A stretch of DNA of 64,000 bases from an uncultured virus (IMG/VR IMGVR_UViG_3300048442_000810) (Duplodnaviria; Heunggongvirae; Uroviricota; Caudoviricetes). Location: IMG/VR virus record IMGVR_UViG_3300048442_000810. One strand, 5' to 3'. Position numbers and translations under genes: made by a program. The notes under the pieces were generated by a model. It ran no database searches and was not told the DNA's origin. It was given only the letters and a program-made list of their open reading frames with translations. Positions 47,945 through 57,164 of the stretch are shown piece after piece (the first letter of the stretch is position 1; each line of letters begins with the position of its first letter).

Positions 47945-49375
47945 TTAGTAATCTCCGAACATAAATTCTCCATCAAAACCTCTTGTTGAGGAAGATATGT
48001 TTGTATTGTTTTTAATTTGTGTTTGTATTGGTTTAGTCGGTAACGGTGGCAATGTTGGACTCGTAGGTCTTGTCGGTCTTGTTGAACCTTGTTCGCAACA
48101 TCTTTTTAATATATCGTATGCCTGATTATATGATAGTGTAAATCCAATACCTGCTGCATAAGTAGTAAATGTGCTTACTACATTTGGTATAGCAGTTTGT
48201 GGCTGACCGAATGCACTAGCATTTCTGAATTGTATGCAAAATTCTTCAGGTACATTTTCACAAGAATAATCGCCTGATTGGTTAGATGGTTCACAACAAG
48301 AACAATAATCTGTTCCATTTGCTTGGTCATAGTACCAATTTCCTGTATTTGGATTCCAACTTACAGGGAAACTTCCATTTCCTGCTCTACATCTATCACA
48401 GTAATTGTTTTTACCATAGTTATAATTTGGCTGACCAATTGTTCCTCCCATTGCAAGATTTACCCAATTTGGGTCATTACAAGGGTTATCACCTGTGTTA
48501 CCATCACGACAACATTTTTGTAATAAACCATATGCTTGGTCATAAGTAAGAGTAACTCCATAACCACTTGCGTAAGTAATAAATGGTATTACAGTTCCTT
48601 GCATATTAGGTGAATCTTTTCCAAATGCAAATGCTTGATTAAACTTAATGCACCATTCTTGTGTTACAAATGAGCAATCAAAAGAAATCGGGTCATCTGT
48701 AGGCTCATCTATTGGTAATTCATAACCTTTACATAAGCATCTTTCAGCTAATAAAGCCTTTGCTTGTGCGTTGTCAATATTATACATTGATGCTACTGTA
48801 GCAGCTATTGTATTCATAGCACCGCCATTTCCTGAAATATAGGCTTGATAATATTTATCACAATATGCATCAACATTTGAATAATCATTTACAGGAGGTA
48901 CTGAAATAGAAGGTCTTACAGGTCTTACAGGTTGAGCCGTTTGACCCAATGGTATTTCACGATTATATACTTGAGGTACTGATGGCTCTATACCACCTGT
49001 ACTTAAAAGCATATCTATGTAAGAAATTTTGTTTACTAGAAGTTGTTGCCATTTAGGGTATGTTCCTGCTGATGCTAATCCATTAAGTGTATTAACATTT
49101 ACATTTCTTCTGTTTTGTAAAAATGAAACCCCAAACTTTTTAAATCCATCAATCATATTATTTTGGAATATAACGGATGGTTGAATATCTTCTTTATCTT
49201 GATTTAGTGTGCCTATATTTTGACTTCCTGTACCTGCTTGTGCATAAGGGCTTTGAGATGGACAAGGTGTATTTCTTAATATTACCGTACCATCTGAATA
49301 AACACATTTAAATGTATATACATTATCATCTGAGCCTACAAATTGTCCTTGTCCTTGTCCTGTTAATTCTGCCAT
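47945..49375 (-). CDS. Cys-rich repeat protein
   Basis: Start at 49375; duplicated C..F..A.AFG...F.TYA.G.G.TL.Y.QAY..L..CC unit; ends RGFDGEFMFGDY. Confidence 0.7.
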   Translation of the reverse strand: MAELTGQGQGQFVGSDDNVYTFKCVYSDGTVILRNTPCPSQSPYAQAGTGSQNIGTLNQDKEDIQPSVIFQNNMIDGFKKFGVSFLQNRRNVNVNTLNGLASAGTYPKWQQLLVNKISYIDMLLSTGGIEPSVPQVYNREIPLGQTAQPVRPVRPSISVPPVNDYSNVDAYCDKYYQAYISGNGGAMNTIAATVASMYNIDNAQAKALLAERCLCKGYELPIDEPTDDPISFDCSFVTQEWCIKFNQAFAFGKDSPNMQGTVIPFITYASGYGVTLTYDQAYGLLQKCCRDGNTGDNPCNDPNWVNLAMGGTIGQPNYNYGKNNYCDRCRAGNGSFPVSWNPNTGNWYYDQANGTDYCSCCEPSNQSGDYSCENVPEEFCIQFRNASAFGQPQTAIPNVVSTFTTYAAGIGFTLSYNQAYDILKRCCEQGSTRPTRPTSPTLPPLPTKPIQTQIKNNTNISSSTRGFDGEFMFGDY

Positions 49376-49376
49376 A

Positions 49377-49871
49377 TTATATATTATTTTTATTACCAAA
49401 AATTCCTTTAGTGTAAGCATAGTATATACCACCTGCTGCTAAAAGCAATACAATTATAAGTTTGGTGTTACTACTACCCATTCCTGCTTCTAATACATCT
49501 CCCTCAGCCCCTGTTGTTTCAACTGAACTTGTCACTTCTGTATCATCAGAACTAGATGCGGCACAATCCTTATAAAAATCAAGCCTATCTTGATTAGATG
49601 CAAATTTCATTGTCATAGCTGCATCTACACAACTTTGTGGAATTTTGGTTCTTGTCCCACCCTCTCTAAAACCTGCATTTGGGTTATTAGGATTACCACC
49701 TCTTCTATTAGGTGGATTTGTTCTTGCATTTATATAATCTTCAACCTCAGAGTTCATTTCTATTTCACCTGATGCTACTGCTTCTTGAACTACCCTTATT
49801 TGGGCTTCACGAACTGCCGGTGAGTCAAATCTGCTTCCACCTTGATTGCTTCTTCCTCTTATAAATGCCAT
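49377..49871 (-). CDS. Tail-anchored protein
   Basis: C-terminal GGIYYAYTKGIFG like the 35937/36324 pair. Confidence 0.7.
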   Translation of the reverse strand: MAFIRGRSNQGGSRFDSPAVREAQIRVVQEAVASGEIEMNSEVEDYINARTNPPNRRGGNPNNPNAGFREGGTRTKIPQSCVDAAMTMKFASNQDRLDFYKDCAASSSDDTEVTSSVETTGAEGDVLEAGMGSSNTKLIIVLLLAAGGIYYAYTKGIFGNKNNI

Positions 49872-49878
49872 ATTCTAT

Positions 49879-50142
49879 TTATTTTTTAAAATATTTTTGA
49901 TAAGCTAGTAAACCAATTACACCGGCAGCTACACCAATCCAATAATTTTTTTCACTAAAAATATTTGTGTATGAATCAGCATCTCCACTCATTCTTCTAT
50001 ATCCTCTTCTGCTTCCTCCTGCTGAAGAACCTGATTTACCTGTGCATTGATAACCACTACATCCTCCACATCCTTTTGGACATCCTACATTTGCATCACA
50101 GTAATAAGCACTACACGGTTTTTTACTTGCATTAATTGCCAT
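49879..50142 (-). CDS. Tail-anchored protein with 6-Cys mini-domain
   Basis: MAIN...C....C.....C...C..C....C; paralog of 56764..57153 N-terminus. Confidence 0.65.
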   Translation of the reverse strand: MAINASKKPCSAYYCDANVGCPKGCGGCSGYQCTGKSGSSAGGSRRGYRRMSGDADSYTNIFSEKNYWIGVAAGVIGLLAYQKYFKK

Positions 50143-50167
50143 ATCTTTTATTTTTATTTGTTAATTA

Positions 50168-50626
50168 TTAATCGTTAAACCACATTTGGTCGTTATATCC
50201 ACCAAATCCTTTTTGGTTGAAATTTGAGTATGAGCCACACCCACCTGCATTATAAAATGTTCCATCAAAACCTGAAGTTGGTCCTACACTTACAGGTCCT
50301 TGACTTGCACCACCTAATGCATTTCCGTTACAATCTACATTAGCACTAGGGTTGTAATTAAGTGCTGATGGGTCAGTACATCCTGAAACAGGGGCTATAC
50401 AAGAACCATCATCTTGATTTGCGTTAGGGTTATAGTTTAAGCTACCTGCGGTAGTACATCCTAAAATTGGTGCAGGTGCATATTGACAAGGGCAACTTGC
50501 AGTTGGATTACCACCACCTACTGATGAATTACCAAGCCCTGTTGATATACTTCCTGCTACTCCTCCGCCTATTGTTCCTACTTGATTAAGCCAAGCATAA
50601 TTTTCATTGTTTCTTAAAAAACTCAT
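50168..50626 (-). CDS. Cys-rich GCTD-repeat protein, paralog of 43405..43854
   Basis: WLNQVG, CPC, two GCT repeats, near-identical C-terminus. Confidence 0.7.
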   Translation of the reverse strand: MSFLRNNENYAWLNQVGTIGGGVAGSISTGLGNSSVGGGNPTASCPCQYAPAPILGCTTAGSLNYNPNANQDDGSCIAPVSGCTDPSALNYNPSANVDCNGNALGGASQGPVSVGPTSGFDGTFYNAGGCGSYSNFNQKGFGGYNDQMWFND

Positions 50627-50654
50627 ATTTCTTTTTTTTATAATTATTTAATTA

Positions 50655-50710
50655 AAGGAAAGAGAAAGGGGACACACCCTCCCCTTGACTAAAAAGTCAA
50701 TCTCAATCCC
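50655..50710 (-). terminator. Multi-hairpin element / possible terminator
   Basis: AAGGGGA/TCCCCTT and TTGACT/AGTCAA stems within a GAGA/TCTC outer stem; pyrimidine tail on -. Confidence 0.45.
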
Positions 50711-50721
50711 GATTTATTTAT

Positions 50722-51564
50722 TTAAGGTACATCATCAAAAAATTGTTGTACCGATTGCACTTCGCTTTCTGTTCCTGTTTGTCCATCAAATGATAAAGCA
50801 TCAGGACCTGAAAAACCAAATCCTTTACCCATTCCATAACTATGAGTCATAGAACTTTGCTTTGGGTAGTCATCTACAAAAGCATATTTACTTTTATAAA
50901 ACTTACCTAATGGACTATCATACTTTTCTCCGAATCCGGGAACATTAAAATTGCTATATCCTGAAAATCCACTAAAACCTGCACTTTTAAGTGCTTCATC
51001 ACTAACATCTGCACCGTTTATAATGCTATTAAATAGTCCTTCAGTAATTTTCATATCTTCGCAATTACATACTTCCCAAAGAAAACCTGAACTTTTACAT
51101 AATCCGTACCATCTTCCTAATTGTTTTGCAGTTGAAGGACCTAAATCACCATCAACAGTAAGGTTGGAATGTTGATAGGGTGTACTTGGTAAACAAGCCC
51201 AATTGTATTCACTTCCCTGTCCTAATGAACTTCCGGGATTATGTTTTTCGTTTATTGCTAATTGTAGTTGAGCAACTTGTTTACAAGAATCTCCAACTCT
51301 TAAAGGAAAAGAACAACTTCCTAATACGGTAGTTTCTCCTTCATTAGGTTTATACTTAGGGTCTAGGTCATTTATTCTGTTTTTCTCTTCATCAGTCAGA
51401 TTATTTTCATCTTTATTTCGTAATATATCTAACTCTCTTCTTTCTGAAGATGATAATTTATTTGTTTTAGTTTTTTTAAACAAAGCCCTAACTCCAAAAA
51501 ATAATCCGGTAGCTAATGCTAATCCTCCTAAACTATATAATGCTATTTTTGTTGTTTTTTCCAT
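50722..51564 (-). CDS. N-anchored peptidoglycan-binding-like protein
   Basis: LRVGD....V.QLQ..IN ... VDG.LGP.T; C-terminal GFSG, YSNFN and SFDG motifs. Confidence 0.65.
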   Translation of the reverse strand: MEKTTKIALYSLGGLALATGLFFGVRALFKKTKTNKLSSSERRELDILRNKDENNLTDEEKNRINDLDPKYKPNEGETTVLGSCSFPLRVGDSCKQVAQLQLAINEKHNPGSSLGQGSEYNWACLPSTPYQHSNLTVDGDLGPSTAKQLGRWYGLCKSSGFLWEVCNCEDMKITEGLFNSIINGADVSDEALKSAGFSGFSGYSNFNVPGFGEKYDSPLGKFYKSKYAFVDDYPKQSSMTHSYGMGKGFGFSGPDALSFDGQTGTESEVQSVQQFFDDVP

Positions 51565-51565
51565 A

Positions 51566-52021
51566 TTATGCGTTTCTAAATGGTGGTTTTTGAGATAGTA
51601 TTTGTCCTATTTGACTAACTGTACCTTTATTTAAATCACCTATTTTTGTTCTTAAATCTCCATATCCTTTTTCTTCAAACTTCTGTGCAACCTGACTTAA
51701 TGCTACACCATCAGGAAGTGACCTCATAACTCCAATAATTTCATTTTTATCATCGCTAAAAATACCAAATGCATCACCTAGCTTTCTTGCTTTTTGTAAA
51801 GCTAGACCGGGTGTAAGCAAAATATGTCCTCCATTGCTATAAGATGTATAATAAGTTGGACTAAACCATTCATTATAATTACTAATATTGGCTCCTTCTC
51901 CCCCAATAGCAGAATATATTTCAGTAAATAATTTTTTTCTTCTAATTGAAGTGACAACTAAATACACAATACCTAATCCGGCAACTGATGCTCCTAATGT
52001 TATTTTTTGCTTTCTAGTCAT
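51566..52021 (-). CDS. N-anchored protein with annexin-repeat-like domain
   Basis: A.KL.DA.G...DD...I..V......V...F....G.DL pattern. Confidence 0.45.
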   Translation of the reverse strand: MTRKQKITLGASVAGLGIVYLVVTSIRRKKLFTEIYSAIGGEGANISNYNEWFSPTYYTSYSNGGHILLTPGLALQKARKLGDAFGIFSDDKNEIIGVMRSLPDGVALSQVAQKFEEKGYGDLRTKIGDLNKGTVSQIGQILSQKPPFRNA

Positions 52022-52464
52022 TATTGTCCTATTGCTTTTTGACCTCCGCCTATTTGTCCTGCTTCTGACATTCCTCTTGTTCCTATTGCTGCACCAAGTC
52101 TTTTTGCTCCTTCAGGAGTTTTAACAATATTATAAATCATTAAACCTGCTCCTCCCACAATAATTAATACAATTATCTTAGAGATAGTAGAACCAAAATT
52201 TATAGAGTTTCCAATAAAATCAAATACTCCTTTTCCTGTATCGGTCAATCTGTCTAAAACATCTCTATCTAATTGAACACCTTGTTCTTCCATATACTCT
52301 CGTAATTCAACGGAATCCCCCGGCATTTCTTTATCAAAATTCATCATCCAAAGTTGATTGGCTTGTGATTTTCCAACACAACTTTTTAATGACTTATGCC
52401 ATTCTATCCAAGTAGAGAAACTACTTTGATTAGTAGGTATTATTAAACAGGCATCTTTGCTCAT
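52021..52464 (-). CDS. Membrane protein
   Basis: W..WH..L...G...AN..W domain plus TM. Confidence 0.65.
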   Translation of the reverse strand: MSKDACLIIPTNQSSFSTWIEWHKSLKSCVGKSQANQLWMMNFDKEMPGDSVELREYMEEQGVQLDRDVLDRLTDTGKGVFDFIGNSINFGSTISKIIVLIIVGGAGLMIYNIVKTPEGAKRLGAAIGTRGMSEAGQIGGGQKAIGQ

Positions 52465-52470
52465 ATTTAT

Positions 52471-52992
52471 TTAATCAATTATTTTGACAACAACAACAAC
52501 TATTAAAGCTGCTAATAAAAAAGTGTTAGTGTCTATACCTGCTGCTATATTATTATCTTCTATAGGTTCTTCAGCATCACAAAGAGAATTTGCTATTTCT
52601 AATTCTAAAAAATTATTATCTTTAGATACTGTTGGTTTTTCACTTTTGACTGCAATCTTTTTTATTACATCTTCTTTTACTACTTTTTCTTTTGGCTCAA
52701 ATGCATCATCTCTTTCAATACGAGTAACATTTTCTAACTTATCTCTTTTTTCTTTTTCTAAAGACAAAGAATTTAATTTAGATTTAAGTATCATTTCATC
52801 TTCTTCACAATTAGGCTCAATAGATGAAACTTCATTAATCATATCTGTTAAGTCATCATACTCCATATGGTTAGCCATTCGTGATGAATTGGACTTATTA
52901 CGATTAGGAATATTATATACTGTTACATTATCATCTCCCCAAGCTGAATTGCTTTTTCTAAATGCATCTTTATGATTATTAAGAAATGCCAT
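52471..52992 (-). CDS. Tail-anchored protein
   Basis: Start at 52992 (MAFLNNH); C-terminal hydrophobic run. Confidence 0.65.
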   Translation of the reverse strand: MAFLNNHKDAFRKSNSAWGDDNVTVYNIPNRNKSNSSRMANHMEYDDLTDMINEVSSIEPNCEEDEMILKSKLNSLSLEKEKRDKLENVTRIERDDAFEPKEKVVKEDVIKKIAVKSEKPTVSKDNNFLELEIANSLCDAEEPIEDNNIAAGIDTNTFLLAALIVVVVVKIID

Positions 52993-52993
52993 A

Positions 52994-53464
52994 TTATGTA
53001 ATATTTTGTATTGATGAAATTTTACAAGATTTTCTAGCCATATTATATGCCGTTTTAAATCCGGGACCAATATAACCATCTACTCCACCTGAAGAATCAA
53101 TTATAACCTTGATGTCAGGACTTAAATCAGACAGATTCATTTGCATTTTTTCGATTTCGGAAGATGAATAATCATCTGCCTTAATACCATCCGCAGTATA
53201 TGGGTCTGCCGGTGCTTCACAAGTTGGTGCCGTTGTAGGATTATTTTCTTTTTCTTTTTTTGCAAAAAGTTCAGAAAACAAATTTCCAATTGTTGTGCCC
53301 AAACTATCTACGGTGCTAGTTGATGGGTCATTTTGAATTGAACCGCCCCCTCCTGTAGTAGTAATAGTTGTTGTAGTTCCGGGTTTTCTAGTAAGCAAAT
53401 AAACCCCAACACCTAATGCTCCAACTACACCAACACCAATAAGAATCTTATTAGTATCTGTCAT
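52994..53464 (-). CDS. N-anchored protein with PG-binding-like C-terminus
   Basis: I.KMQ..L ... VDG.IGP. Confidence 0.55.
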   Translation of the reverse strand: MTDTNKILIGVGVVGALGVGVYLLTRKPGTTTTITTTGGGGSIQNDPSTSTVDSLGTTIGNLFSELFAKKEKENNPTTAPTCEAPADPYTADGIKADDYSSSEIEKMQMNLSDLSPDIKVIIDSSGGVDGYIGPGFKTAYNMARKSCKISSIQNIT

Positions 53465-53468
53465 AATT

Positions 53469-53825
53469 TTACTTTTTTAAATATTTGTTATAAGCCCAAA
53501 ATCCTACTAAAAGTGCTCCTGCAATAAATACTACTTTCTTAGTTGGAAAGTTAGATACACTTGCACCTGCCGTTACTTCTGAACTTCCTAAACTTACTGA
53601 ACCGCTAACGGCTGCTCCTCTTGGAAACTCTATATTTTCATCAGCATTATCTAATACCACTTGCTCTTTAGTTCTTGGTGCATCAGGAATAAATCCTTCG
53701 CCATTCATATTAATGAATTCTTCATTTTCAATGAATTTTGCTCCATACTTGTTTTTTTGCTCTCCTACCCACTCGCTGAATGGAGTATCTGAACCTGATA
53801 ATTTGTAAACTTGATTTGCAGTCAT
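53469..53825 (-). CDS. Tail-anchored protein
   Basis: TANQ.Y..SG...PF..W domain, FINMNG, C-terminal TM then KK. Confidence 0.7.
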   Translation of the reverse strand: MTANQVYKLSGSDTPFSEWVGEQKNKYGAKFIENEEFINMNGEGFIPDAPRTKEQVVLDNADENIEFPRGAAVSGSVSLGSSEVTAGASVSNFPTKKVVFIAGALLVGFWAYNKYLKK

Positions 53826-53865
53826 TTTTTTTTGATTTTAATTGTTAATTGTTAATTGTTATTAT

Positions 53866-54459
53866 TTATTTTTTTAAGACAAGAACTAAAAGCATAATTC
53901 CTACTAATGCTCCTGCACCTATCATTAAATTCTTTTTTTCTTTATCGGCTTTTGCAGTTTCACGATTTATTAAAGCCTGTGCTTCATTAAATGTTCTTTC
54001 AGTTGCTGCTGCCGAGTCCTTGCCCAATTGTGTTAATTGCTCTCTTATAGCATCTAGTTCTTTGTTTTTTTCTGCTACATCTGCAATACCTGCATCAATA
54101 GAAGATTCTACTGTAGTATTTACCTGACAATCTCTAGCATCCATAAAACTAACTACTTTACCTTTGTGGAATGTAGCTGCCTTTCTTTTTCTCTTAGGAA
54201 CTCTACTATTACCTGTATTAGAGTTATAGATGTTTTGAAAGAAATCTTTACACTCTTGTAAGTCTACACAACTATCTCCTGCTGCGTAATCACAATCAGC
54301 TTTTTGACTTGCCAATTCGGCATTATATCTGTCACTTTCGGCTCCTTTAGGGTTAGTTATATCTTTAAACCAAGACCCTCCAATAAAGCCGGGATGATTT
54401 AAGAATTCACCATCTGTAAGAGATGATACATTTTGATTTGAATCACTATCTAAAAACAT
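53866..54459 (-). CDS. Tail-anchored helical protein, NHPGF family
   Basis: FLNHPGFIGGSWFKD, FMDARDC, TM then KK. Confidence 0.7.
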   Translation of the reverse strand: MFLDSDSNQNVSSLTDGEFLNHPGFIGGSWFKDITNPKGAESDRYNAELASQKADCDYAAGDSCVDLQECKDFFQNIYNSNTGNSRVPKRKRKAATFHKGKVVSFMDARDCQVNTTVESSIDAGIADVAEKNKELDAIREQLTQLGKDSAAATERTFNEAQALINRETAKADKEKKNLMIGAGALVGIMLLVLVLKK

Positions 54460-54462
54460 AAT

Positions 54463-55293
54463 TTATTTCTTTTTTAATATTAATACTGCAATGACTATAG
54501 CTGCTCCAATCATAATCATTTTATTTCTTTTTGCTAACTCAGCATTATCTTCTGCTGCTATTGCTGCTGCTGCATCTGACTCTTCTTTTATTAGTTCTAT
54601 TTCTTGATTATATGCTGCATCTGATGTTTCTTTTTCTATTTGTGCTAATTCTGCTGCTGCTGCTGCATCTTCTGCTGCTGCTTCTGCTGCATTTTGTGCA
54701 ATTTGAGCAGTATCAATAGCTGAGGTTGTGCCATTACAATCTCTTGCATCCATAAATCCTGAAACCTTACTTAAAGCATCAGAAATTTCACTTAAATATT
54801 TTGCTCTATAATCTCTATCAAATTCGTGTACTACCGAAGCATTACTCCAATCATTCATTAAAGAATTTAAACTTTCAGTAACACTAACATACTCTGCACA
54901 AGTCATATCTGAAGTAAATGGAACTAAGTTTTTTACTCTTGATTTAACTGAAGCAAGACTACTACTCATAGTAGCTAAATTAAGTCCGTGTGAGTTTAAA
55001 CTTCTAGCTTTTGTATCATATGCTTCTTTGATTGCTTGATTTGAAGAGTAATCTCCAATTTTAAAGCCGGGTGTTTGGCACAGAATACCCATAAAACCTC
55101 TACAAGGAGTATATCCTGCATTTTGGAAACCTGCCTTACCGGGGAAAATATTATATTTTATAACAAATTCTCTGTAATTTACACTTGCAGCAGCATTATA
55201 ATATTCTCCACTTGCATAAAGTGAGTTGTCCTGCATTGCATCTGTGTCAAAATTTCCAAAACTATTTGCGTTAAAGTCGCTATCTATAAACAT
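54463..55293 (-). CDS. Tail-anchored helical protein
   Basis: MF.DSD start and FMDARDC shared with 53866; LYASG, YYNAAA; Ala-rich coiled coil. Confidence 0.7.
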   Translation of the reverse strand: MFIDSDFNANSFGNFDTDAMQDNSLYASGEYYNAAASVNYREFVIKYNIFPGKAGFQNAGYTPCRGFMGILCQTPGFKIGDYSSNQAIKEAYDTKARSLNSHGLNLATMSSSLASVKSRVKNLVPFTSDMTCAEYVSVTESLNSLMNDWSNASVVHEFDRDYRAKYLSEISDALSKVSGFMDARDCNGTTSAIDTAQIAQNAAEAAAEDAAAAAELAQIEKETSDAAYNQEIELIKEESDAAAAIAAEDNAELAKRNKMIMIGAAIVIAVLILKKK

Positions 55294-55303
55294 ATTTCTT
55301 TTT

Positions 55304-55573
55304 TTAATTATCCATTACACCGTTTTTGAAACGGTATGCCCCAAGTTTTAATCCTTCTACTCCTCCAAACTTAGATTTTGTTTTACAATCTTTATTTGTG
55401 AAAATTCCATCTCCACTATCATCCATACTGTCACAACCTCTGTCCCAAGTTAGTACAGGCTCATATGAATACTTATCTCCTCCTACAGTAATAACTGCAT
55501 CTCCGGATTGATTAAACCAAAGTTCTGTACTATTTTGTGCTCCTGATTGATTAAACCATAAATTGTTTTCCAT
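55304..55573 (-). CDS. Small protein with tandem LWFNQSG motifs
   Basis: Start at 55573: MENNLWFNQSGAQNSTELWFNQSG. Confidence 0.65.
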   Translation of the reverse strand: MENNLWFNQSGAQNSTELWFNQSGDAVITVGGDKYSYEPVLTWDRGCDSMDDSGDGIFTNKDCKTKSKFGGVEGLKLGAYRFKNGVMDN

Positions 55574-55583
55574 TTTCTTTTTT

Positions 55584-55907
55584 TTAATAATCTCCAAACA
55601 TAAAATCACTACTACCACCAAATCCAAACCACACATCTGAATTGGCTTTTGTTCCTCCACTTGCATTTAGCATAGATGGAGTAATATTTTGATAAGGGTC
55701 AATCACACTTGTATTAACTCTTGTAGATGTATTACCTGCAACTGCATTTCCTGTTGTAACACTATATTGTTCAGTTGGACCACCAATACCATCTCCACCA
55801 AAAATTGATGAATAATCGCATCCGCTTCCATCAGGTAAACTACATAAAGGATAGCAAGGGTCATTTGTAACATATTGTCCGTTACATAACATTGTTTTGT
55901 TGCTCAT
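55584..55907 (-). CDS. Small Cys-containing protein
   Basis: MLNASG; ends VWFGFGGSSDFMFGDY. Confidence 0.65.
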   Translation of the reverse strand: MSNKTMLCNGQYVTNDPCYPLCSLPDGSGCDYSSIFGGDGIGGPTEQYSVTTGNAVAGNTSTRVNTSVIDPYQNITPSMLNASGGTKANSDVWFGFGGSSDFMFGDY

Positions 55908-55911
55908 AATT

Positions 55912-56601
55912 TTATCTTTTCATTACTTTATAAATACCATATCCAACTGCTCCAAGAACTAAAAATCCAAGCATTAAGTTTGTAGGACTATTTAGACCTC
56001 CTGTTGCTGCTGCGGATTGTGTAAATAATTGTTGTTGATTAGCCAAATTGACTTGTTGTGCTTGTTGTTCTGCAATACAAGCTGATTCCATAGCATCTTT
56101 TATACTTGGTCTACGAATACCTCTTGTTTTTCTTGCTCTTGCATTAACTCTTCTAGAACCTCTACTTCCTCCATCTTTATTGGCTTCTAATCTATCTACA
56201 TCTCCATCTAATCTTTCTAAACTTGATGTAAGAACCGCACAGTTTCCTGTATTAGGATATTCTGCATTTACTTTAGCTTGTTCTTTAGCTTCTCGTTCTC
56301 TTTCAGCTTTCTTTTTACTCCAAGTTATGCCTAAAAATCCGGGATGGTTACTCCATACATCACTATCAGGCATTGAATTATTATCATCATCAGTTAAGAC
56401 CATATTTGGTCTATTTCCAATATGATGGTCTAATGTGATTGATTCTTCTCCTGATGCATTAAAAGCAGTACCAACTATCTGAGATACTCTTACTGCTTCT
56501 TCTTTTGTTACATTTCCTGCTTGATTTGACCAAACTGTGTTGCCCCAAGGCATATCATTTGGTACATCTGAAGCATCCATATTTAAAAAGTTATTGTCCA
56601 T
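55912..56601 (-). CDS. Tail-anchored protein, NHPGF family, multiple leader motifs
   Basis: FLNMDA, WSNQAG, AFNASG, WSNHPGFLG; C-terminal TM. Confidence 0.7.
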   Translation of the reverse strand: MDNNFLNMDASDVPNDMPWGNTVWSNQAGNVTKEEAVRVSQIVGTAFNASGEESITLDHHIGNRPNMVLTDDDNNSMPDSDVWSNHPGFLGITWSKKKAEREREAKEQAKVNAEYPNTGNCAVLTSSLERLDGDVDRLEANKDGGSRGSRRVNARARKTRGIRRPSIKDAMESACIAEQQAQQVNLANQQQLFTQSAAATGGLNSPTNLMLGFLVLGAVGYGIYKVMKR

Positions 56602-56763
56602 TTTTTATATTTTTTTATTAAGCTGATTCTTGTCCTTTATAATATCCATAGCCAATTACATAAAATAATAATCCTACTGATACCATTGATAAAACAAAAT
56701 TACCTACACTCATTTTCGATACATTTTCTTCTTCTGTTCTTGCCATTTTTTTAATTTTTTTTA

Positions 56764-57153
56764 TTACTTAGCAGCCGTACCGCCTTTTCTAATTGCATAC
56801 CCAATTACAAATGCAGTTAAACCAATTCCTAAATATCCCATAACTAATTTGCCTACAGTCATTTTCATAACTCCTTTATTTTGTGACTCACCTGAAGCAT
56901 TTTGGAATACTCCACCATCTTGCCACATAGTTTCACGATTTCTTCCTGATTGTTGCCAATTAGTACCCGTAAAACTTCTAAAGTTTTGTCTTTGCCCTCT
57001 TGGACCATATCTTAATGAGCCTTGTGAAGGAACTCCTCTTGTTTTTGAAACATTAGTTCTAGGTACTTCAACACAAATGCCATTTTGACATTCATAATTA
57101 CAATTTGGACCACAAGTGGGGCACGAATAGGTACTACTACAATTAATTGCCAT
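56764..57153 (-). CDS. Tail-anchored protein with 6-Cys mini-domain
   Basis: Cys cluster, FTGTNWQQSGRNRETMWQDGGVFQNASG, TM. Confidence 0.7.
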   Translation of the reverse strand: MAINCSSTYSCPTCGPNCNYECQNGICVEVPRTNVSKTRGVPSQGSLRYGPRGQRQNFRSFTGTNWQQSGRNRETMWQDGGVFQNASGESQNKGVMKMTVGKLVMGYLGIGLTAFVIGYAIRKGGTAAK

Positions 57154-57164
57154 ATCTTTTTTTT

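Noticed and set aside
43405..50626. Diversity-generating retroelement template/variable repeats
   Set aside because: No reverse transcriptase seen; differences between the duplicated ends are synonymous, not adenine-specific
49879..57153. RiPP/bacteriocin precursor cluster (Cys-rich peptides, GG motifs)
   Set aside because: No modifying enzymes or peptidase-ABC transporter; the peptides are fused to membrane anchors in a virion gene block
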